Source: the human T2T-CHM13v2.0 reference genome, Homo sapiens. From it: DNA of 64,000 nucleotides. The notes under the pieces were generated by a model, which was given only the letters and a program-made list of their open reading frames with translations, was not told the origin of the DNA and did no database searches. The translations under genes were made by a program, and so were the position numbers. Positions 34,350 to 47,270 of the stretch are shown piece by piece (position 1 is the stretch's first letter; each line of letters begins with the position of its first letter). The DNA lies in the NCBI RefSeq assembly GCF_009914755.1, contig NC_060944.1; one strand, written 5' to 3'.

Positions 34350-34439
34350 CATTTAAAAGTTTTTTACCATCAAAAATAGTGAGGAAAATATCCCACTTAA
34401 AAGGGCATGTAGCAAAAGTATCACTCTACTGCAATAGAA

Positions 34440-35260
34440 ATAACTAATAGGGGAAACTGAGCATCTGGTGGGAGGAAGGTGGGACTTCCCTGTGCTTTTG
34501 GATCAATTTTTCTGTAAACCTAAAACTGTCCTGAAAAAAATAAAGTCTACTAATTTAAAAAAAGTATGTCAAATGGCACAGTCACTATATGAAACAGTTT
34601 TGCAGCTCCCCAAAACCTTGAACATAGAATTACCACAAGACTCAGCAATTCGACTCCTTGGTGTATACCACAAAACTGAAAACAGACACTCAAACAAATA
34701 CTTGTACACAAATATTCATAGCAGCATTATCCACAATTGCCAAATGGTGTAAACAACCCAGATGTCCATCGACATATAAATGGATAAACAAAATATGCGA
34801 TATGTGAATATGTTGAATGCCCCTAAATTATACACTTTAAAATGGTAATTTTCTATTACATACATTTTATCTCAAAAAAGAACCAATAGAGGAGCATCCT
34901 ACAAAATAGCTGACCAGTCCTCAAAATGAACAAGATTTTCCAAAATAAGGAAAGACTGAGAAACTGTCACAGTCAAGAAGATCCTAAGGAGACGTGACTC
35001 CTAGATTTAATGTGGTCTCATCAATGGAACCCTAGAACACAAAAAGGACATTAGGTAAAAAAATAAGGAAGTCTAAGTAAATTATAGATTTTAGTTTGTA
35101 ACAATGTATTAATATTATTTCATTAAATGTAACGTGGCACACTAAGATGTTAGTAAGAGGAAATACTGGATGGAGGGTACATGGGAATTTTCTAAGATAT
35201 CTTACAATTTTTCTGTAAATCTAAACTACTCTATAATTAATAAAGTTGATTTAAAGAAAG
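34440..35260 (+). mobile_element. Cluster of L1MB/L1MC/L1MD 3' fragments
   Basis: 'ttttctgtaaacctaaaactg', 'aacatagaattaccacaagactcagcaattc', 'aaagactgagaaactgtcacag'. Confidence 0.7.
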
Positions 35261-35528
35261 GAGCGGCTACATGTGCCTTTTGTGCTCTGTCTTTCCCCAC
35301 TCTTTCCTCCATGTATGTAACTCGGAGCTTACAGGAGGAGCCTTGAGGACAAGGATGTACATCAAGGATAGTGAGTGGGAGGCAGAGGTAGCCACCTGCT
35401 TCCTGCCCTGTCCCGCTGTCTTCACACTTCTTGTTACATGAGAATAAGAACATAAAAGAAAAATTTAAAAAGGACCATTCTTTTAAATCAAATACATTTT
35501 GTTTAATTAAAAATTCACTGTTACCATA

Positions 35529-35991
35529 TGTATTAGTTTCTTAGGTTTTTCATCATAAAGGACCACAAATGGGTTGACTTAAAGCAATAGCATTTTATTG
35601 TCTCACAGTTCTGGAGGTCAGAAGTCCAAAATCAAGGTGTAGAGCCACGTGCCCACTGAAATTCTGGATGGAATCTTTTCTTGCCTCTTCCCAGCTCCTG
35701 GTGGTGATGCTTTACCTCTGGCATTCCTTGGCTTGCAGCCACATCACTCCAATTTGCCTCCGTCTTCACACACTGTTCTCCCTGTGTGTCTTGGTTTTCA
35801 GGTAGCATTTCCCTCCTCTTACAAGGACACCATCATGTTAGATTAGATCTTCCCCCATCTCCCCAACCTGCCCATGACATCATCTTGACTACATCTGCAA
35901 AGGCCTTATTTTCAAATAAGACCACATTCATCAATATCAGTGGCTAGAACTTCAACATATCTTTTGGGAAACATAATTCAACCTGTAACAC
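35529..35991 (-). mobile_element. MLT1C/D MaLR LTR
   Basis: 'tgtattagtttc...ctcacagttctggaggtcagaagtccaaaatcaaggtgt...aattcaacctgtaaca'. Confidence 0.85.
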
Positions 35992-36089
35992 TGCATTTTT
36001 CTCATTCTATAATGGACATATGAAAACATTTTTAGAGACTAGCATGGGCCTATGGACAGGCATTTGGGATGAATGACATGTGTGATTTA

Positions 36090-36260
36090 AAAAATCTTCA
36101 CAACTTTATGAAGTTCATGACCAAGACTTACTATCCCATTTTGCAGGTGATGAAATTGAGACATAGGAAATGTAAGTCAGTTTTTCCTGGGTTGCACAGT
36201 TAGGAAATGATGGATTCAGAATTTAAACCTAGACTGTCCTCAGAGTTCTTGCTCTTTCTA
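36090..36260 (-). mobile_element. MIR
   Basis: 'atcccattttgcaggtgatgaaattgagac'. Confidence 0.75.
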
Positions 36261-37029
36261 TCAAATTGTTCTCAGGCTGAATGAGCTTTTAGTGAATCAG
36301 ATCAGGAAATACAGAATGAGATTCTGATTGGAGGCTTATCCTGAAACATTCTTAGCCTCCTTTATATTCATTTAGGCTTTTCCTTCCTCGCTTTTCCTGC
36401 CACCGTCCTCATTGAACTGAAGGCTCGCCTCATAACCACGCTTGCAAGCCTCTCGCTCCTTCTACCATTGTGGCTTTCAAATTTGATTTACTGAAATCTA
36501 CTTGTCTAAATGATAGAATCGAGAAAGCTTTTACCAAGTAAGTTTATCACAGAAATGTAACTATTATGTGTATTGTGCAAAATGGTTCTTTTTTTTAAAT
36601 CCAGGCAAATACATTGGAGTCATTAATTTGAATACTAAGTACAAGGTTCTGTTTAAAAATCCACAAGATGAATAACAAATCATAATTCTGGCAAGGCAAA
36701 GACATTCTTCAAAGCCATCGTTTGTATAATCCATTGAAGATACTATGATAGTAGCTCGTTGATGGCTGATTTAGAGTCTAGCACACGTGCCATTACCTTT
36801 CTTTTGAGATATATTTCATGCGTCCTCACATTACAAGCAGTTGCTGACTTCAAAATGGATTGGGTTACAAAAGTTCATCTGAACTATATTCTTTGATATT
36901 CAGAATGTTTCGCACATCCTTATAAAGCACCTGTTATGTGACTATCTTGCGCTTGGCTGTGTAGATAAAACAATTAAAAAAAAAACAAATAGGGTCCTTG
37001 TTTTTTGAGAGTTTAAATGGGATGAAGGT

Positions 37030-37460
37030 GGTGCATTGAATTACAGGTCTCAGCTCTTCACTCCTCTTTGGACATCCCTGCCCTGAGCCCCCTGACTTTC
37101 ATTTTCTTGTATATAGACCGTACTTCCCCTTTCCTTGGCTGTGGGGTTGACTGTGTGACTTGCTTTTGGCCAATGAGGTGTTAGCAGATGCTGCAAGCTA
37201 GATTTTGCCAAGTGCCTGAGCAGTTGAGCTTGCCCTGTGCCATGGCAGTGAGGAGTGCTTCCTCCGGGTGTTTATGCCCTTTACCCTGAGCCTGGAATTC
37301 ACATATGTGCTGCCCACACCCCAGCTGCTCCAAGGACCTGCAGCATTATAGCTGCCCCAGCCAACCCACAGAACCCTAAGAGAGAATATATATCCTTGTC
37401 ATTCTAAGTCGCTGAGTTTTGCCATTGCATAGCATGTTTATGGCAATAGTTAAATGATAG
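37030..37460 (+). mobile_element. MLT1G/H-like LTR
   Basis: 'gtgacttgcttttggccaatgagg'; 3' end 'tggcaatagttaaatgata'. Confidence 0.65.
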
Positions 37461-37838
37461 AGGTGGGGAGAACGCCCGCACTACACAAAGAGTTCCAAAA
37501 AATAAACCTGTAATCACTGGGGCATGGTGCAGACATAGAGTGTGTTGAGACACAGAGCAGTATATGCAATGGGGCTTCTGAGACATCAAGAAGGTCTCCC
37601 CAAGCAAGTGGCTTTCAAGCTAAGACCCAAAGGGTGAGCAGGAATTGGTTGGGTGAAGAGAGAGGGGAAAGGAATCCCAAGTAGAGGGATTGGCACCTGC
37701 AAAGGCCCTGACTGAGGTTGGAATAAATTTGGTGTTGAGATGAAGCAGCAGCTGGTGAGGGGACCAGATAATACAGGGCTTTGTAGAAGGAGGATTTTGA
37801 AATTTATTCTAAGAGCATTTTATTGTAGAATCCTAGTA

Positions 37839-38019
37839 CAGTCAACCCTCTGTATACACGGGGTTCCCAGACATACTCAAATCCTGCTGTCCACTGTGTG
37901 GAACCTGTTTATAGGAAAAGTTGACCCTCCGTAGAAGCAGGTTTTTCTTGTTTGGTTGAAAAAAATCTGTATGTAGTGGACCTACACAGTTTAAATCAAT
38001 GTTGTTCAAAGGTCAACTG
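37839..38019. mobile_element. Tigger2/MER8-type Tc1-mariner MITE
   Basis: TIRs 'cagtcaaccct' and 'ggtcaactg', flanked by TA. Confidence 0.75.
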
Positions 38020-38705
38020 TACATGAGACTCCTGTGGCTGGCTTAGCAAACCAAATTTCCCCTTAGGGGTGTTCATCCATGAGGTTATTCCGTTTTTCTT
38101 TGATTACTGCTCCTGCGTATGTTCAGGTGAATCTTCTCTCCCCTTTGGGTAGCACATCCCTTCATGATGTCTTGGACAGATTGCATAACTTTTCGTTCCC
38201 TTTTAGCTGCTAAAATCCTATCTGGTTTAAAATTTTAATCATTTGTTCACGGTGAACATTCCCTTCAGTTATGGACAGGCAGGCTTGTGGCTACAGAAAT
38301 GTTAAGCTGGGGACCAAGTTATGATCTATGTACTTACTTCTCTCACTCTCTTAAACCCTTGGAGTGGAGTGGGCCACAGGTTGTGTGGCGGATGCTATAG
38401 GGCACCTCCCAGATCCCCTTCTGGACAAAGGACTTGCTGAGAGTGATGCAGGCAGATGTTCCTCCGTGGTCATCCCACTTTCAGGGGTCCTGCAGCTGAA
38501 GAGAGACACTCCACCTATTTCCTGGGACGGTCTGCATCCATTGACCAATTGATCCTCTAACCCCAATTCCGGATAGCTCTGAAGGTCACCCCAGCTTCAG
38601 AACTCCCTGCAGAGTTGGCTGAGGCTTGCACTGTCACGGCATCATAGCTCAGCTTCTCCCTCTGCTCATTCTCACTCCCTCACTTCCCTTCCACTGGCGT
38701 GGTTC

Positions 38706-39640
38706 CTCTCTTAGTCTTCTTGAGCTGCTATAATAAAATGCCACAGGCTGGGTGGCTTAAAAAACAGAAATTTATTTTCTGATAATGCTGGAGGCTAGAA
38801 GTCCAAGATCAAGGTGCCAGTAAGCATGGTTTTTGGTGGGGACTCCCTTCCTGGTTTGCAGATGGATGCCTTCCAGCTGTGTCCTTACATGGTGTATTAG
38901 TCAAGGTTCTCTAGAGGGACAAGACTAATAGGATAGACATGTATATGAAAGTGAATTTATTATGGACTATTAACTCACACGATCACAAGGTGAAGTCCCA
39001 TAATAGACCATCTGCAAGATGAGGAGCAACGAAGCCAGTCCAAGTCTCAAAGCCTCAAAAGTAGGGAGGCTGACAGTGCAGCCTTCATTCTGTGGCCTAC
39101 ACCACTGGTGTAACATCCAAGAGTCCCACAGCTGAAGAACTTTAAGTACGATGTTCGAGGGCAGGAAGCATCCAGCATGGGAGAAAGACAGTGGCCAGAA
39201 GACTTGGCCAGTCTTGTCCTTCCGCTTTCCTCTGCCTGCTTTTTCCCAGCTGTGCTGGCAGCTGATTAGATGGTGCCCACCCAGATTGAGGATGGATCTG
39301 CCTCTCCCAGTCCACTGACTCAAATGTTAATCTCCTTTGGCAAGACTCTCACAGACACACCCAGGAACAATACTTTGCATCCTTCGATCCAATCGAGTTG
39401 ACACTCAACATTAACTGTCACACATGGGTTTCCTATATGCAGGGGAGAAGAGAGAGGGAGCTCTGTGTTTCTTCCTTTTCTTACAAGGACACCAGTGTTA
39501 TTGGCTCAGGGCCTCAGCCTCATAGTTAAGGTCATTTAACCTTAACTGCCTTCTTAAAGGCTCTGTCTCCAAATACTGCCATATTGGTGATTAGGGTTTA
39601 AACACGGAAGTTTTGGTGGGGACACTAGTCAGTCCATAGC
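38706..39640 (-). mobile_element. MLT1A/B MaLR LTR split by MLT2A
   Basis: 'gctgggtggcttaaaaaacagaaatttatt...gaagtccaagatcaaggtgcc'; resumes at 39423. Confidence 0.85.
38893..39422 (-). mobile_element. MLT2A (HERV-L) solo LTR
   Basis: 'tgtattagtcaaggttctctagaggg...acacccaggaacaatactttgcatcc...ttaactgtcaca'; 5-bp TSD catgg at 38888-38892 and 39423-39427. Confidence 0.92.
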
Positions 39641-39789
39641 TGTTTCCCAAGATACTCATCTCTGTCTCAGTCTGTTTCTCAGGAAGCCAACCTACCATGA
39701 GCTGATTGTGCCTCTCATCTGGCTCCATTTGCTCAGATTGCTTTATGGAAGAAATGCTAAAAATAAAAGGGATAATTTTCAAAAAATAA

Positions 39790-40350
39790 ACTGTTATTAA
39801 AAAATAATTTTAGATTTACAGAAAAGTTGCAAAAATGGTACAGTTTCTATAACCCTCACCCAGTTCCTGTAAGGCTTTCTTCTCACATTAACAGGATACA
39901 TTTGTCGAAATTAAGAAACCAACATTGGTACATTACTGTCAACTAAACTTCAGGCTGTATTTGGGTTTCTCCAGTTTTTCTTTAATATCTCACTTCTGTT
40001 CCAGGAATTAGCCCAGATACCACTTTTCATATAACCATGTCTCTTTAATCTCCCCTGGTCTGTGATAAGTTTCAGTCTTTCCTTGTTTTTTCATGACCCT
40101 GGCAATTTTGAAGAGTGCCAATTGGATATTTTGCAGAACGTCACTCCAGTTTGGGGTTATCTTCTTTTGTGCAATTAGAGTGAGATTTTGGGTTTTAGGG
40201 AGGAAAACGGCAGAGGTGAAGTGCCTTCTCATCATATCCTCTTGGGCCACATGATGTCCACGTGACATCACTGGGATGTTAGCCTTGATCTCTTGGTTGA
40301 GGTGGTGTTTGCAGGTTTCTCCACTGGAACATTTCTCTTTTTCCCTTTTC
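39790..40350 (-). mobile_element. L1MC/L1MD 3' end
   Basis: 'ttttagatttacagaaaagttgcaaa', 'gaggtgaagtgccttctcatcatatc'. Confidence 0.75.
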
Positions 40351-41134
40351 ATACTCTGCTTGTTGGATGTAGACAAGCATCTTTTGCTTAACGTGCTTGT
40401 CTTCTCTCTGGACATTGCATCTCTGCTAACACTGCCTGGCCCCTGTGCCTCTCAAGGCAGGTGTCCAGATGCTGGCTCTCTTGGAGTATCTGACCCAGCA
40501 ACAGTGGGTGACATGAAGTACTGGCTCTGGTTCAACCCATTTAGCTTCTACCCTGGAGGAAAATGAGGCCAAAGGAAGTTAAAGACCCAGCGAATCAGGG
40601 TCAACTTATTGACTTGGTGTCAGGTCTTCTGTCCTCAATCCAGCATTATTTCTTAACCTGATATGACTATGGACATAGGGACAGAGAAGTAGATGTCCAA
40701 GGTGAGAGCTGGCTCATGAGGTGCTGGACAGAGCGTGTGGTGGCTTTACTCTCATGTCCCTGTCAGCCTCAGCCTCTTGCTCATTGGCCAGGTTTGAGTC
40801 ATACTTTCACCTCCAGAGGCAGGAGTTGGGGTCAACCCACCTTGCTCACAGGGATGGCAGTGGAAGAGGGTGGTTTCCAAAGGGAAATCAAGGTACTGTC
40901 CTAGGAGGAGCAACCGATGCCCGACAGGACAGAACAACATATGGCCACTACAGGTGTGAAATCCAAGTGGTGACAGCAAGAAGTTGGGGGTCTCTGTGAC
41001 TCCTGGGCCACTTTGCTGGGGATCTTTAATGCATAAAAGACACATTGTATGTATACGAGTTAGGCTTTGTATATGTTATCTGAGCCTATTCTTTCTTCTT
41101 TGCATTAGATAAGTAAAAGAAAATAACACAATAC

Positions 41135-41310
41135 AATAATAATACTGCATCCTTGTATATTATAGAAGCACTTTGCATATTATAGAAGTCCTTTTACACA
41201 CTCAGTCTCAGTTGATTCTTGCAATGATTCTGTAAAATAAGCATCACAGATGTGAATGTCCCCCCATTTTACAAGTGAAGCAAGTGAAGCTCAGAAATAT
41301 TCAGTCAATT
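41135..41310 (-). mobile_element. MIR
   Basis: 'cccccattttacaagtgaag...gaagctcaga'. Confidence 0.65.
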
Positions 41311-41349
41311 GCTTGATTCCATGAGTGCCTTGCTTACTTCCCAGTCTGC

Positions 41350-41751
41350 CTTGCAGTACATGCGTCTGAATTCTCTCCCCATGTATCTGTCCTTCTGTGT
41401 GCCTTCTCATGCCAGGGGCAGGCTAGAAATGCTGAGCCATTAAGGCCCCTAGAAACAGTCTCTGGACCAATGATGAATGTGAATTGGAGGTTAAATACCC
41501 CAGCTTCCTTGCTCCTGGAGCAAAGAAGGAGAATAATACTTCTGAGGCGTGTGCTCTAGCCTGTGTCTCTCAGCTCCTCAGCTGTTCTCAGTGTCCGCAT
41601 GCTTGATCAGGCACCCTTTCGGGTGTCTTTCCCTCCCTGTCTTAATTCCTTGTCCCCCTACCAGCACTTCCTGGGAGCAGCTCCCAAATAAATGACTTGC
41701 ACTCAGATCTTTGTCTTAGGGCTTGTTTTTGGGAGAACCCAACTTAAGACA
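41350..41751 (+). mobile_element. LTR16A-like ERVL LTR
   Basis: 3' end 'ctcccaaataaatgacttgcactcagatctttgtcttagg...gggagaacccaacttaagaca'. Confidence 0.8.
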
Positions 41752-41769
41752 GCCACAGCATCACATAGT

Positions 41770-42300
41770 GGTTGTATATTTCCACTGTAAGTGACAGAAA
41801 CCCCAGCTTAAGCTGGCTCCAGCAGAAAAAGAATTTACTGGTTCATGTAATTGAACAGTCCAGTCTAATAGCTCTAGCTTCAGGCATGATTGAATCTGTT
41901 TCTTTAAACGATGTTACCAGTGCTTGATTTCTCTCTTTCCACCTCTCTGCTCTGATTTCCTCTGTGTTGAGTTCTTCTCAGGCAGACTATCTTTCCAGCA
42001 GCTCACATGATCCCCGATTCAAGTCAAATGGAAAAGAAAGCATCTCCTTCCAGGAAACTCCAGGTAATCCTGAGATTGGATCTGATTGGCTCTGACTGCA
42101 TCAGGTGCTTACCTTTGAACCAATCACTGTGCTCAGTGAGGTATAAATGGCCAGATTTGGGCCATAAAGACCACCCAGGAAGCTGGTGTTCTGGTTGGCT
42201 GCACCCAGTCGCAAGGAGTAAAACTGGATGGCAGTCATTATTGAGGGAAGATGTTGGGGTTTTTTTACAGAAAAGGGAGAATCAACACTGTTCAGATTGT
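41770..42300 (-). mobile_element. MLT1J/K LTR
   Basis: 'taagtgacagaaacccc...aatttactggttcatgtaattgaac', 'ctttgaaccaatcactgtg'. Confidence 0.7.
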
Positions 42301-42473
42301 CACCTACACCATCTGACTCTTCGTACTTTGAAGAAAAAAAAAAGTGCTATCTTCTGAGAAAAAAATAATATATTAGTTCCATTTAATTTCAACAAAAATA
42401 TAAGTCATAAATGCCTCACTATTACTGGATACGCTTAGATATAGAAAAGAAGTAAAAACTCTAAGAACTATAA

Positions 42474-42824
<351 letters not shown>

Positions 42825-43134
42825 AAATTTTTATTGTTTTGTAATAGGATTATAGGATATGACAGGGAAGCATACCATCAAAGATTCAAAGGACAGAAAA
42901 ACCACATCTAAGAGGACAGTATTTACTTGTTGAAGGACAGGGAAAGCTGGAGTGGGTGGTGATGGCTGGAGGGGAGGCCCTTTCAGGCAGTTGATTCAAT
43001 GAGTATGGTTGAGTTTTCATGTGGCAGAAACTTAAGCAAAAGTGGTCACTTTCATTTCTTCCCTTACAACAATAGTGTACTACTTACCACAATTTTATTG
43101 GCATACTGCAGGTAAGTGAAATATAATAGCTTAA

Positions 43135-43700
43135 CATAGCTGTGCACAAACTGTTTCAGTAAAGGGACAGAGAATACATATTTTAAGCCTCAAGAGCCAA
43201 GAGGGAAAATAGAGAATATTAAGTGGGCACTTATGCAACAAGAAAGAAGACAAATTTTCATACATTTTTCAATGACAAAATTCAAAATATAATAATCGAG
43301 TTCAAGTTTTTGTAATACAGGTCTACTAACGAGAAAAAAAATAGAATTCTTAATTTTGAGAAAACCAGGCACAGTGGCAAGGTCCTGTAATCCCAGCTAC
43401 TCAGGAGGCTGAGGCAGGAGGATTGACTGAGGCCAGGAGTTAGAGGCTGTAGTGTGCTATAATTGCACCTATGAATAGCCATTGCATTCCATCCCAAGCA
43501 ACATAATGAGAGCTCATCTCTAAAAAAAAAATTCTTATTTTGAGAGAGATAAATAATTTTTCTTAATTGAAGCTCAGTTAGTATTCTCTATCATCAAATC
43601 AATTGCGAACATTCACCTATAAAAACCACCGTTAGCTTGAGGGCCATAAAAAATACAGTGGGCTGAATTTTACCCACAGGCTGTAGTTTGCTGACCTTTG
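43135..43700. mobile_element. MER58-family hAT-Charlie element split by FAM
   Basis: 'caaactgtttcagtaaagggacagag' ... 'cccacaggctgtagtttgctgacc'. Confidence 0.7.
43364..43530 (+). mobile_element. FAM (fossil Alu monomer)
   Basis: 'gctgtagtgtgctataattgcacctatgaatagccattgc' FAM diagnostic; TSD aattctta(a)ttttgaga on both sides. Confidence 0.85.
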
Positions 43701-44702
43701 GTTTAATCAGAAAGGGAATTTACTGACTTATAGAGTTAAAAAAATAGAGGTGAACAGTTTTCAAACAGAGCTAATTCAGAACTCCAGTTTCATTTCTTTG
43801 AGATGACCTTTGTTCTGCCCTCCTTCCTAGGATGGCTTTATCCTGAGACTGGGTTCCTTCAAGGATGCCTTAGGAACTAGACTGTACATTTCATATTCAC
43901 ATCCAGGAAGGGAGAAAGAGTCACTTCTCTGAGCAAAGGTCCTGAGCTTCACTCTGATAGGAGCAAAGTTGAGCCAAGCACTGTGCCACGGTGCTAAGAC
44001 CAATCAGGGAAGTGACTTGGGTACAGATTTCATAGGTGTTATGCAGTGGAAGGGGCATAGAGTGGAGGGGGAAGAGAGGGAACATCCACTGTAAGTAAAC
44101 TCTGAAGAATAACACAGAAAAGAGGGAGTGGATGGGCAATTTTTACAAAGTGAATGTGCTCCACCCTTATCTTGATGTCTCTGTGGGAGATCTTGCTACT
44201 CTGGAATACCTGTTATCAGGCGCATTTTTCTCAAAACAAATGGTAGGAATTGTCAAACACCACCTTAGTGGTATTTTACAGAGGCCCTGTCCTCAGCACC
44301 TGTGGTCTTATTACTTATATTAACTTCCCATGAACAAGTCTTAACATTCTCCTGAGTGATAGTCTGCCAGTCCTGCAACCTCTAGCTCTTAACCAAAATC
44401 CTGTATTATCCCCTTATTCCCTTCCTTCTCAAAAGGGATCCTTGAGAAGACATATTCAATATCCTTGACAGAATGATTGAGCCATGAATCATTTTACATC
44501 TTTTAGGGTATAAGCCTTATTTTCTTCTATCTATGCCCATCCTAGTGCCTTTATGAAGTGGAAAGCACACGGAGGGGTTCTGCTTTTTCTCGTCTCCAGT
44601 AGTTTCTTACAGACCAGTAGCACTGCGTAAGGTAATTTGGAAGAACTAAAAAAGAAGTATAAGCAACAATTCTACAGCTATCACCATGAGAATATGTAGA
44701 AC

Positions 44703-44860
44703 ACAGATCAGCAAACTATGGCCCTCAGGCCAAATCCAGCCCACTGTGCTTTTGTAAATAAAGTTTTATTGGCACACAGCCACACCCATCCATGATGTAT
44801 TGTGTATGAATGCTTTCATGCTGCAATTGCTGCAATGGCAGAATTTGGTAACAGAAACCT
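44703..44860. mobile_element. MER58A
   Basis: 'agcaaactatggccctcaggccaaatccagcc...gtaaataaagttttattgg'. Confidence 0.8.
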
Positions 44861-45279
44861 GGCAACACAAGTTAGGGCTTATATGTTTCTCTTATCACAA
44901 GAAACCTGGAGTTGTGTATTCCAGGCATAGTACAAAGGTTTCCTGATTCCATCAAGGACCCTGGGTTCTTTTCACCATCCTTGGTGTATGGCTTCCGTCT
45001 TCAGGCTTTTGGCAACATGGTGGCTCCACCTCTAGACACTGTGCCTACATTCCAGGGAGGCAGATAGGGAAAGGACAGTGAGCAGAAGTTATGTGTCAGC
45101 TGATTTGGCTCATTTTTATAAAAAAATACTTTTTTAGGGCTTCCCAGAAATCCCCACCCAGCAGATTTCCAATTACATTTCGCTGGGCAAAACTATATCA
45201 CATGGCTGAAACTAGCTATACTGGAGCCTGGGGAACTGATGTTTTTGGATTTCCACATTGTTCTCTTGTTCATTGTTCA

Positions 45280-45598
45280 TTGTTTTGTTTTTGTTTTTGT
45301 TTTTGTTATTGTTTTGAGACCGGGTCTTTCTCTGTTGCCCAGGCTGAAGCACAGTGGCATGATCATGGCTCACTGTAGCCTCAAACTCTTGGACTCAAGG
45401 AACCCTCTCACCTCAGCCTCCAGAGTAGCTGGAACCACAGGCATGCACCACCACACTCAGCTAATTTTTTGGTGTTTTGTAGAGACGAGGTCTCACTATG
45501 TTGCCCAGGCTGGTCTCAAACTCCTGAGCTCAAGTGATCCTCCTGCCTCAGCCTCCCAAAATGCTGGGATTACAGGCATGAGCCACTGTTCCTGGACC
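45280..45598 (-). mobile_element. AluJ within an old MLT1
   Basis: AluJ diagnostics; TSD ccacattg(t/c)tct at 45253 and 45599. Confidence 0.92.
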
Positions 45599-46394
45599 CC
45601 ACATTGCTCTTTTAAGTTAGATGAGAAGGTGAAAATGGATAATAAGTAGGCAACTACAAACATCTTCCACACCAGGGACTCACAAATCCAAATGCCTACA
45701 AGGATGGCAGGAGATTTAAATGGGTGCTTTATGCCACTGGAGACACCAGAAACTGGTAGGAATTATGATGAAGTTGAGAGTACCCACCCTACCTACAATT
45801 ATTCAACTTCAAAATTTCCTAGAACAATCATCTATGGACCTTGAGCTTTTGACATCCTCTTTGGATAATGCTTCTCACATGAGCTAGTCATTTGAAAAGT
45901 GTATTTCAAGGGGTCAGCCATTGATTCATTTATTCTATAGCATTCTACAAATATTCATTTACCACTCACTTTCTTCTGGTGTTCCAGACTGTGGTCTGTG
46001 GCTCTCCTTGTGCAGTTATTAAATTCAGAAACCACAAATCAACATGCAAATCAAAATTTGTTTAGGCTAAATAGGTAATGTGTTTGCACATTATATATGA
46101 CTGTTTTAAAATGTAGGTGGAGGCCTTTGTGAGTCATAAAATAGAAATTCATTGAACAAAAGTACCCCTGGTTTCAGAGTAGCTCTCTGTGATACATTTT
46201 CTCACTCAACAGATACTCAAAAGCATAAGCACTATTGTGAGAAAGTCTTACTATTTTTTATATTAAAAAATTCTCATATGACAAAAAGGTGGAAAAAAAT
46301 TTGCTAGGTACTGGGGGCTACGGAAATGGTGAGATGAATATGTCAGACCCTCAATTTTTAGAAAACTCACAGCACAGTAGGGATAAAAAATATG

Positions 46395-47270
46395 AATTAG
46401 GTAGGACTCTTTTGGTTGCAAGTGATAGAAACTCAATTTAAACTGACTTAAGGGAAAACAAAGAATATACTGAATTATTTGTCTAAAGGTTCAGAATTGG
46501 GCTGGGCACAGTAGCTCAAACCTATAATCCCAGCACTTTGGGAGGCCAAGGCAGGTGATCATGAGGTCAGGAGTTCAAGACCAGCCTGGCCAAGATGGTG
46601 AAACCCCCGTCTCTGCTAAAAATACAAAAATTAGCCCAGCTTGGTGGCAGGTGCCTGTAATCCCAGCTACTCAGGAGGCTGAGACAGGAGAATTGCTTGA
46701 ACCCAGGTGGCAGAGGTTGCAGTGAGCCAAAATCATGCTACTGCACTCCAGCCTGGGTGACAGAGTGAGACTCTGTCTCGAAAAAAAAAGTTCAGAATTA
46801 AGCACATTCTTCGCTCATTCAGGCATGCTTGGACCTAGAGTCTAAACAGTATCTTCAAGATTTAGTCTCGCTCCATTTCCTGGTTTTTCCTTTCTCAATG
46901 TTGGATTCATTTTCATGCTCTCCCTTTCTCCCCAGTATAAACAAAAACTGTCCAAGATTACGGTATTGTAGCTCCAAACACCTTATAATTCTATTGGGAA
47001 GAGATATCAACCTTTCCCATAGCTCCTCTGAATTAACTCTCATTAGATTAATCTTTCAGGTGAATCAGTTGCTGTGGCAAGAGGAATGGGAGATACTAAT
47101 GGGTCAGATTTTGAATATGTGTCTCATGTATCTGGGAGGAGTTTAGCACCAATCAATCCACATGGATTGATGATGGAGTCTTTGGGGTTTTTAAGGAGAA
47201 ATAGGAATGTTATTATGAGAAGAAGGAGGAATAAATGCTGGAAAGGCAAAAAACAACAGACACTCACTAG
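46395..47270 (-). mobile_element. MLT1J/K LTR split by Alu
   Basis: 'ggactctttt ggttgcaagtgatagaaactcaa'; ends 'atgctggaaaggcaaaaaacaac'. Confidence 0.7.
46499..46789 (+). mobile_element. AluS
   Basis: Full Alu; TSD gttcagaatt on both sides. Confidence 0.95.

Larger units (their letters stand above)
38382..39700 (+). mobile_element. LTR16-family ERVL LTR, host of nested MLT1 and MLT2A
   Basis: 'tgtgtggcggatgcta...cagctgaagagag...cttcagaactccc'; resumes about 39641 with 'ctctgtctcagtctgtttctcaggaagccaacct'. Confidence 0.65.
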
